32,000 nt of DNA, taken from Erysipelotrichaceae bacterium (GTDB lineage Bacteria > Bacillota_I > Bacilli_A > Erysipelotrichales > Erysipelotrichaceae). This document shows, in pieces, positions 23,396-30,315 of the stretch (position 1 is the stretch's first letter; each line of letters starts with the position of its first letter). The stretch spans positions 1,290,001 through 1,322,000 of the forward strand of contig OY781039.1 of the NCBI GenBank assembly GCA_963676105.1, given 5' to 3'. Below the pieces are notes generated by a model. That model ran no database searches and was not told the origin of the DNA. It saw only the letters and a list, made by a program, of their open reading frames with translations. The position numbers were made by a program, and so were the translations under genes.

Positions 23396-24224
23396 TGGTA
23401 AAGGTGGTACAGGTAAAACTACCGTCGCAAGTGCTTTTATTCGCTTACTAGATGCGAAAGCTTTTGCGGATTGTGATGTTGATGCACCAAACTTGCATCT
23501 CGTTTCTCATTTCGATCATCCTCCTCAAGTCAAAGATTATTATGGTTTAGATAAAGCACATATTAATTCTGAAACTTGCATATCATGTGGTCAATGTGTT
23601 AGTCATTGTCGATTTGATGCGATTGAAGTTAGCGATATTTATAAAGTCAATCCATATTTATGTGAAGGATGTGCTGTTTGTGAAATGGTATGTCCAACAA
23701 AAGCCATCGAAATGAAAGAAGCTGTGGATGGTCATATTGATTTATATAGAAACCATTCAACTTTCTCAACAGCTCAACTTAAAACAGGTAGTGGTAACTC
23801 TGGGTTATTAGTTACTGAAGTGAAGAAACAATTAGAAGAAAACACATCTGCAGATATTGCGATTATCGATGGTTCCCCAGGTATTGGATGCCCTGTCATC
23901 GCCTCATTAAATGCCATTGATTTGACACTAATCGTAACTGAACCATCACTCTCTGGAATCAGTGATATGAAGCGTATTATCACAACCGCTAAACGATTTG
24001 AGACAAAAATCGCAGTATGTGTAAATAAATACGATAATAATCTTCAAAACACAAAAGCCATTGAAACTTTCTGTAAAGAGAATGACTTAAGTTTTACAGG
24101 ACGTATTCCTTTTGATAAAAAAGCTATACAAAGTATAAATACATCTTCTACTATTGTAGACATAGACTGTATATCAGGCACTGCCGTTAAAGATGTCTTT
24201 CAGAAAACATTAGCGCTCTTATAA
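23373..24224 (+). CDS. Second MinD/ParA-class P-loop ATPase with a ferredoxin domain (paralogue)
   Basis: SGKGGTGKTT, CDVDAPNLH, CISCGQCVSHC, CEGCAVCEMVC. Overlaps the previous gene by 23 nt. Confidence 0.8.
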   Translation: MKQLLILSGKGGTGKTTVASAFIRLLDAKAFADCDVDAPNLHLVSHFDHPPQVKDYYGLDKAHINSETCISCGQCVSHCRFDAIEVSDIYKVNPYLCEGCAVCEMVCPTKAIEMKEAVDGHIDLYRNHSTFSTAQLKTGSGNSGLLVTEVKKQLEENTSADIAIIDGSPGIGCPVIASLNAIDLTLIVTEPSLSGISDMKRIITTAKRFETKIAVCVNKYDNNLQNTKAIETFCKENDLSFTGRIPFDKKAIQSINTSSTIVDIDCISGTAVKDVFQKTLALL

Positions 24225-24262
24225 AAATAGCTCGATTCACTTATGAATTGAGCTATTTTTTT
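24223..24262. terminator. Bidirectional intrinsic terminator between convergent genes
   Basis: AAAAATAGCTCGATTCA-CTTA-TGAATTGAGCTATTTTT, a 17-bp stem with one G-U pair. The A-run and T-run flanks serve both strands. Confidence 0.7.
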
Positions 24263-25259
24263 AATCAATAATTAAATTCGAATCATTATTTGTTTTAACT
24301 TTATGCTCTAACCAATTGTATTGCGAAGATAATTTACCAAACCAGGCTGCACTTTGCACTTGAAGAATAAATGCTACCGTTATGATTAAGGCAGTATCAG
24401 CACCAAATGATGTCATTGCTAGACCCAAAGCAATAGATAGATTACGCATAACTGAACCATACACTAATGCATAGCCATCGTAACGGTTAAAGAATAATCT
24501 AACGACAATTGTACTTACCAAAAAATTAATGACATAGAAAATAAATGGTATCAATATTATCTTTAATAGTAAATCAGGACGTGATGTAATGGCATTCGCC
24601 TTCATGCTTATACTAGAAAAGATAATAAACAACATTGGCCAAACACTTAATGCTGGGAAAATGGGTTTAATACGTGTCTTATACTCCTCTTCACTCACAA
24701 ACTTAAGTATAACTTGATAAGTAATGCCTCCTAAAATCATTGGAAGAATAACAATCTGAGCAATCGTTAAGAATGTTTCTAATAAATCAATTTCAACCAA
24801 TGTCCCCAAAGCTACAGATAAATAAACAGGTGCTAAAACAGATCCAACGATAAGACTTAACGCTGTGATTTTAATCGCTGCTGCCACATTACCTTTATTC
24901 AACATCGTCCACGATATTGTCATACCACTTGTTGGAAATAGGGCAATCATAAAGATACCTGCAAACAATTCAGGACTGTCACTTAGTAGTGCTTTCCCAA
25001 AAAAATAAGCAAATAATGGAATAAATATAAAGTTGAGTATACTTGTATAAATCACAACTTTAATATGTGATAAATCTACTGCTTCTTTGATTTTAAAACC
25101 GACCATAGTTGGATAGATCATAAAGAAAGTAAATATAAGAATATAATTCTTTAAAAAACTAAAGTTCATGTTTAGTCCTGCAACAAAACCAATGACCAAT
25201 ATAATTGGAATAACAATAACTAGATTTTTTGATGGGTAATAAAAAATTTTCTTAAGCAT
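24261..25259 (-). CDS. ACR3/SBF-like (BART superfamily) transporter, cysteine-free
   Basis: 332-aa, about ten TM segments. FFMIYPTMVGFKIKE resembles the ACR3 MMYPP..K motif. The whole protein contains no Cys. Confidence 0.6.
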   Translation of the reverse strand: MLKKIFYYPSKNLVIVIPIILVIGFVAGLNMNFSFLKNYILIFTFFMIYPTMVGFKIKEAVDLSHIKVVIYTSILNFIFIPLFAYFFGKALLSDSPELFAGIFMIALFPTSGMTISWTMLNKGNVAAAIKITALSLIVGSVLAPVYLSVALGTLVEIDLLETFLTIAQIVILPMILGGITYQVILKFVSEEEYKTRIKPIFPALSVWPMLFIIFSSISMKANAITSRPDLLLKIILIPFIFYVINFLVSTIVVRLFFNRYDGYALVYGSVMRNLSIALGLAMTSFGADTALIITVAFILQVQSAAWFGKLSSQYNWLEHKVKTNNDSNLIID

Positions 25260-25272
25260 TTTTCCTCCATAA

Positions 25273-25292
25273 TTATGAACATATGTTCATAA
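25273..25292. promoter_or_regulatory. Perfect 20-bp palindrome TTATGAACATATGTTCATAA between the promoter and RBS of the ACR3-like gene
   Basis: All 10 positions pair. It lies 14-33 nt upstream of the ATG at 25259. Confidence 0.6.
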
Positions 25293-25304
25293 CACAATGG
25301 CTTA

Positions 25305-25332
25305 ATTATAGAAGAACAGATAAAAAAGTCAA
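25305..25332 (-). promoter_or_regulatory. Near-consensus promoter TTGACT-16-TATAAT of the ACR3-like gene
   Basis: On the minus strand, TTGACT is at 25327-25332 and TATAAT at 25305-25310. Confidence 0.55.
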
Positions 25333-25380
25333 TTAAAATGCTTAATGCTATATACTCTGCATGAAAAGTTATTGATTCTA

Positions 25381-25414
25381 ATTAAAAATCCACGGTTTTA
25401 ATACCGTGGATTTT
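25381..25414 (-). terminator. Intrinsic terminator after the Abi gene
   Basis: AAAATCCACGGT-N6-ACCGTGGATTTT, a 12-bp stem. The T-run follows on the minus strand. Confidence 0.65.
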
Positions 25415-25490
25415 CACCCAGCATACACTGGATATCTCGTAGCTATAATATATCACCATGGACAATTATTTTCAATCGATTTGAGAAATA

Positions 25491-26474
25491 TTAGTATTTA
25501 TTGTAATTAATATTTTTCTTGTTTTTGGTAGCCAGATACTCTAAGTCATTTAAATCTCTTATACCCATATTTGAACGCACATAATCAAATGATGTAATAT
25601 TTAATTCATTTTGCAAATTAATTAGGTTTGACCTCAACTGAAGAACTAATTTTTCATAATCATTTGAATTCATAAAGTACTTCAAAGAAACTAACAAATC
25701 TACTAATTGCTGTTGTGGATTGTATTTAAAATAACGTCTATCTCCTAAAATATATTCTTTGAATGGTTGTTTGAATCGAGGAGATTTGGATTTAAAAAAA
25801 ATTACTCTCTCATTATGTGCGCACGAGTTTCTAACTTTTCTAATTAGATGCAACATTGATAGTAAAAGTGAGTAATAATTTTTACCTCTTTTATCTTTTA
25901 TATTATATAACTCACACAATGCATCCAATAATTGTGGTTTCGATATCTCTACTACACTTATTAAATCCCCAAATGTTATTAATTTTGTAAATATCCACGC
26001 TGGTACTCTTCCATACTTTTTTGAATAATGAAAATTATACTCATTTGTTGACTTATCAATTGTATGAAAACACTTTGAAATTACTCTAATAATATCTTGA
26101 GTATCCTTATTGGAATTATAAGCTTGAACATCATACCATTCAACCTCTTTAGGATTAATGAAATCTAATTTATACCCAACCAAATTTCTAATTTCCTCTT
26201 CTATTCTTGTAATAACTTGCAAAAGTATAATTCTCAAATCATCATCAAATAGTTTTAAACTTACAAAAGATTCGATAGTAATACCACCAATATAAATATG
26301 ATCATTATTTAAATCTTTTCCTTGTATAAATGGCTCTTTGTATGCATTTATTAAATTAAAATAACCATACTTGATAAGAAATTCTTTATGCTTACTGCCT
26401 TCACATCTTATTTTTTTCTTATCTCTAAGATACTTCATTTGTGTATTGAAAGTTTTAAATGGTTTTTCATTCAT
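25491..26474 (-). CDS. Abi_2 (AbiD/AbiF-like) abortive-infection family protein
   Basis: 327-aa. Conserved KVRNSCAHNERV motif (RNxxAHxxR) and the overall AbiD/F-like helical pattern. Confidence 0.7.
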   Translation of the reverse strand: MNEKPFKTFNTQMKYLRDKKKIRCEGSKHKEFLIKYGYFNLINAYKEPFIQGKDLNNDHIYIGGITIESFVSLKLFDDDLRIILLQVITRIEEEIRNLVGYKLDFINPKEVEWYDVQAYNSNKDTQDIIRVISKCFHTIDKSTNEYNFHYSKKYGRVPAWIFTKLITFGDLISVVEISKPQLLDALCELYNIKDKRGKNYYSLLLSMLHLIRKVRNSCAHNERVIFFKSKSPRFKQPFKEYILGDRRYFKYNPQQQLVDLLVSLKYFMNSNDYEKLVLQLRSNLINLQNELNITSFDYVRSNMGIRDLNDLEYLATKNKKNINYNKY

Positions 26475-26524
26475 ACTGCGCCACCCTTATATATTATTTA
26501 TATACACTAAATTATGAAAGTCCG

Positions 26525-26555
26525 TAAAAAAGAATGGCACTTTCGCACCATTCTT
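26525..26555 (-). terminator. Intrinsic terminator after the lipoprotein gene relic
   Basis: The minus strand reads AAGAATGGTGC-GAAA-GTGCCATTCTT followed by TTTTAC. Confidence 0.6.
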
Positions 26556-26568
26556 CATTTACTATTAA

Positions 26569-27222
26569 TTATTCCCAAAGATTAGCATTACCATAACGTG
26601 CATCAAGTTCTGCTGAGAACCAACGACCATTCATAACGTTAGAGATAACAAATTCTTTTAATCCATCAGGAATTGTAGTATCTGCATCCATCGCATCCAT
26701 GATTGCTTCATAAGATGTAGTATCATCCATTAATTCAACAATCGCAGATGTATCATCTGAATCAAATACCATTGATACAGTATTATCTACAGTGAATGCA
26801 TCCCAAGTAGCAAGTTCACCACCATTTGGATCACCTGTATCATTCAGAAGTGTTCCAAAAACAGATAAATCTATTTCATCTTTTTCAATCAAATGACTTA
26901 AGTCCTATAACTCATTATTATCAATTAATGTTGAATAAAAGCCACCCGACAACAACATCACATCGAAATACTCATCATATGTCTGTGATGGAAAGTTAAC
27001 AATCTCAACTTCTACATGAGGATATCTATTCTGAAAACTCTTAACAACTTCATTTAATATAGTTTCTTCTTCCCCTGAATCTACCTTTATATGATCATAG
27101 ACATCAAAGTCATAGTTCTTCTCAAAGTTATCAGTATTAATAACATTTTGACTACATCCACTCAATAACAAAAAACTTAGGATGACTGATATCTTGATTG
27201 TTCTATGACCTATCAATTTCAT
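26569..27222 (-). pseudogene. Lipoprotein with a solute-binding-protein-like N-terminus, split by one in-frame TAG (26905-26907)
   Basis: Lipobox LLLSGC. KSFQNRYPHVEVEIVNFPSQTYDEYFDVMLLSGG resembles the N-terminus of ABC substrate-binding proteins. The two ORF-track pieces are in the same frame: ...DNNEL*DLSHLIEKDE.... The total of ~217 codons is too short for a full binding protein. Confidence 0.5.
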
Positions 27223-27264
27223 ATCCTAAGTTTAGCATATACAAATTTTATAGTTTCAGAGTTA

Positions 27265-28452
27265 TTATCTACTTTTATCGAAATTGACATCCAACCATAA
27301 TTGCAATTCATTACGATTTTTTATGCCATTTTTTATTAATATCTCAATAATATCTTTCCCTGAAACTATAATGATTGGTAACTTTTCGTTGACTACTTCT
27401 TTATATGCATCAGCATTAACATATGAAGTGGTAACCATAATACCAAATTCTCTGTGTTGGATTCTTGAGACTAGTCTTGACATAATCTTTACATCAACAC
27501 TTGAAGAAGTTTTAGGATGAAAATATTTTGCTTCAACAACAAATGTTTTCTCAATATTATTCTTTGAATTTCCAATTCTATAGGTTCCTATTGCATCTTT
27601 ACCATGATCCTTAAAATAACTAGTACCTTCTATATCTATAATATTTTGATCCATGAACAAAACAATTTGAATTGCGCATTTTTCAAATGCGTACCCATCA
27701 TTAAAATATTCAGCTAATAAAAGCAACATTTTGCCTTCTTCAGTATTAAAATCTGGAATTTGTTCTATTTTTGATCTATGAAGAATTGGATTCTTTTCTG
27801 TAATTAGGGGAGAATATTTCCCTTTATTAATCCATTCTAACCAAACTTTAGGTGCATGTTCACTTGTATTCGCATGTCCAATTAAAACATCGTTCAACCA
27901 TTCACGAGGTATTTGTGGGATATCTAAAATTGTAAAAATAGATTTGTAATTTTGATATCGCCCTTCTGAGTTTTGTGCCCAAACAATCTCTAAAGTTTCA
28001 TTAATGTTAATGTTTTTAGATCCTAAAACTGCTAATCCTAAGAACATAATATCTCGACCGGCATACTTTTTAAAAATAAAAACTGGTGGTATATTTTCTC
28101 GTTTACCATTCATTAGTTTTTCAAATGAATCTGATAAAAAAGTGTTTCCTTTAAATTTCGTGTTATGTATAGGGTTCCCAGCAGTTCTATTGTCTCCCCA
28201 ATAAGTAAAAGTTCCTAAGGTTCTGTCAATTTCATCGCGCCATTCTAGCTCTTCACCACTTGTATAAATGCATATATAAGCAAAACCAGGTTTTTTAACA
28301 TTATATTTTTTCTTCCGAAAGCCTCCTGAATTTTGAACTCCAAGAAGTTTTGTCAAAACTTCACCACTTATATTCTTTGAATCATTTGAACAATATACTG
28401 CATCAACAATCAAATCTGTATCAGTAAGTTTGCTAAAATCTACTCTATGCAT
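27265..28452 (-). CDS. Restriction endonuclease: C-terminal Mrr-like PD-(D/E)xK domain plus an N-terminal DNA-reader domain (possibly SRA/PUA-like)
   Basis: The C-terminal segment GKDAIGTYRIG...FVVEAKYF fits D...EAK, followed by GIMVTTS (Mrr_cat-like). ATG at 28452 has GGGGGAA 5 nt upstream, so it is preferred over 28482. The gene is divergent from a C5-MTase gene. Confidence 0.65.
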   Translation of the reverse strand: MHRVDFSKLTDTDLIVDAVYCSNDSKNISGEVLTKLLGVQNSGGFRKKKYNVKKPGFAYICIYTSGEELEWRDEIDRTLGTFTYWGDNRTAGNPIHNTKFKGNTFLSDSFEKLMNGKRENIPPVFIFKKYAGRDIMFLGLAVLGSKNININETLEIVWAQNSEGRYQNYKSIFTILDIPQIPREWLNDVLIGHANTSEHAPKVWLEWINKGKYSPLITEKNPILHRSKIEQIPDFNTEEGKMLLLLAEYFNDGYAFEKCAIQIVLFMDQNIIDIEGTSYFKDHGKDAIGTYRIGNSKNNIEKTFVVEAKYFHPKTSSSVDVKIMSRLVSRIQHREFGIMVTTSYVNADAYKEVVNEKLPIIIVSGKDIIEILIKNGIKNRNELQLWLDVNFDKSR

Positions 28453-28546
28453 TGTAGTTCCCCCAATTTTATAAGTAAGCATGTTTCATTTTTTAATAAA
28501 ATATTTATATACAAGATATAACTGTATTTTTTATTGATAATTAAAG

Positions 28547-28566
28547 TTTATCAAGATCTTGATAAA
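28547..28566. promoter_or_regulatory. Perfect 20-bp palindrome TTTATCAAGATCTTGATAAA in the divergent R/M promoter region
   Basis: All 10 positions pair. The right half supplies the TTGATA -35 box of the MTase promoter. An extra TTGATAA half-site is at 28534-28540. Confidence 0.6.
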
Positions 28567-28587
28567 TTAAACAAATAATTCTAATAT
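28559..28587 (+). promoter_or_regulatory. MTase promoter TTGATA-17-TAATAT, placed for a leaderless or near-leaderless transcript
   Basis: The -10 ends 8 nt before the A of the ATG at 28595. No Shine-Dalgarno lies between them. Confidence 0.4.
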
Positions 28588-28594
28588 TGATATT

Positions 28595-30265
28595 ATGAAA
28601 AATAAAAAATATACTGTTATAGATTTTTTTTGTGGTGCCGGAGGATTTTCAACAGGGTTTGACTTAAATGGTTTTGAGGTAATTATGGGTATTGATAACT
28701 GGGCGCCTGCCATCAAAACTCATAACGCAAATTTTAATCTAGAAGATACACCAATAGATGTACTTAAATTTAATGACATCAACAAAATATTTGAATTACC
28801 AGATACGGATATTATTATCGGTAGTCCCCCATGTGTTGTTTTTTCAACATCAAATAAGGGGGGGAATTCAAATAAGCTAGATGGTTTAAAACTTATTAAG
28901 ACATATTTAAAAGTAATAGCAGTAAAGAAATATAAAAATAATTCAAAATTAAAAGCTTGGCTTATGGAAAACGTTCCCAATGTGGGTAAATATATGAACG
29001 ACACATATACTTTTAGTGATTTGGATTTAACTGAATGGGCAATTTCTAGTGGATATAATCCAGAAATGGTAGCTCTAGACCTTAAGAATAAACAACATAT
29101 TGTTAATTCCTACAATTATGGTTCTGTTCAGAAGCGTTTAAGATATATTTGTGGTGAGATAATTGAATCAAATAAATTTCCAGAATTACATCCAATTGTA
29201 AATAAAAAAACAGTAAACTCGATTTTTAAAGATTTTCCAAAACCAAATGAAAAAAGTTTGACAAAATTCGAAAATATAGTTGATCCTAATTACACAAGTA
29301 TAAAAATTTCAAATTCATCGCTACACGATCATTTTTATGATACTGGTGTTTATAAAGTTGAATGGAAAAAAGCAATGGAAGCTAAACTTAATCACCCTTA
29401 CATGGGTAAAATGTCTTTCCCAGAGAATCTAGACAAAGAAGCTAGAACAATTATGGCAACCATGTCAGCGAGTAGTAGAGAATCCATATTAATAGAATCT
29501 GAAATTAGCAGAATTGGTGATGGACAATATAGATTATTAACTGTAAGAGAAGCCGCAACAATTATGGGTTTTCCAATTAATTATCAATTTTATGGAAATG
29601 AATCTTCAAAATGGAGACTTGTTGGTAATGCTGTAGTTGTACAACTTTCATATACTTTAGCAAAATCAATAAAGAGTAATTTAGGTTTGAATTTTCAAGG
29701 ATCTAAGATGAAAAAACTAGATTTTTCTGACTTCATATTTTTTGATAATTTTGAATTAAAGGATTTTAATAATCCACCTAAAAGAAATCCAAATAGTATA
29801 TTTCGTCTCCATCCAATAAAAGCAGGAAATATGACCGTAGAATTAACGAATAGATTATTAGTTAAATATCAAGACAAAACAATTTCAAAAAAATGGAAGA
29901 TAGTTATTAATGTTGGAACTGGGAAAAAAGCCAGACATATACTTATACATGAGAATCATAAGCTTGAAGCAGAGGAATTACTATTAAAACATTCACCTAT
30001 TTTTTTGGAAGAATTAAACAATGACAAAGTTATTCACAAATATACTGATTCACATTTTAACAATCAAAACAGAGAATATGGCTATATATCTGAATCAAGA
30101 ACACATCCATATAATCTTGTATACAAAATCAAAAATCATATTGAGAATCAGACAGACAATACAATTTATCTTAATCCAGAATTAGAATTATTCAAAATTA
30201 AAGCAACGATGCCACTTCATCAATTGATGGCTATTTATGCACTGGGTAAACTTTTGTACAGTTAA
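28595..30265 (+). CDS. DNA (cytosine-5)-methyltransferase with a ~200-aa C-terminal extension of unknown function
   Basis: Motif I DFFCGAGGFSTGF, IV GSPPCVVFS, VI MENVPN, VIII GSVQKRLRY, IX RLLTVREAATIMGFP, X VGNAVVVQL. Residues ~360-556 lie beyond motif X. Confidence 0.85.
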   Translation: MKNKKYTVIDFFCGAGGFSTGFDLNGFEVIMGIDNWAPAIKTHNANFNLEDTPIDVLKFNDINKIFELPDTDIIIGSPPCVVFSTSNKGGNSNKLDGLKLIKTYLKVIAVKKYKNNSKLKAWLMENVPNVGKYMNDTYTFSDLDLTEWAISSGYNPEMVALDLKNKQHIVNSYNYGSVQKRLRYICGEIIESNKFPELHPIVNKKTVNSIFKDFPKPNEKSLTKFENIVDPNYTSIKISNSSLHDHFYDTGVYKVEWKKAMEAKLNHPYMGKMSFPENLDKEARTIMATMSASSRESILIESEISRIGDGQYRLLTVREAATIMGFPINYQFYGNESSKWRLVGNAVVVQLSYTLAKSIKSNLGLNFQGSKMKKLDFSDFIFFDNFELKDFNNPPKRNPNSIFRLHPIKAGNMTVELTNRLLVKYQDKTISKKWKIVINVGTGKKARHILIHENHKLEAEELLLKHSPIFLEELNNDKVIHKYTDSHFNNQNREYGYISESRTHPYNLVYKIKNHIENQTDNTIYLNPELELFKIKATMPLHQLMAIYALGKLLYS

Positions 30266-30284
30266 ATAATTTTTATATTATTTT

Positions 30285-30293
30285 TGATATAAT
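30285..30293 (+). promoter_or_regulatory. Extended -10 element TGATATAAT upstream of the ParB-like gene
   Basis: It lies 22 nt upstream of the ATG at 30316, with the AAGGGGGT RBS in between. Confidence 0.4.
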
Positions 30294-30315
30294 CAACTAA
30301 GGGGGTACTTAAATC

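Noticed and set aside
23774-23983. 69-aa minus-strand ORF inside the second MinD-ferredoxin gene
   Set aside because: It is an antisense shadow ORF.
26905-26907. TAG recoding (pyrrolysine or suppressor read-through) in the lipoprotein gene
   Set aside because: No pyl genes or PYLIS-like context are visible. TAG ends other genes normally. The gene is also truncated relative to its family, so decay is the simpler explanation.
27284-28204. Two plus-strand ORFs (78 and 66 aa) inside the endonuclease gene
   Set aside because: They are antisense shadow ORFs.
28720-29004. 94-aa minus-strand ORF inside the methyltransferase gene
   Set aside because: It is antisense to motifs IV-VI of a clear C5-MTase.
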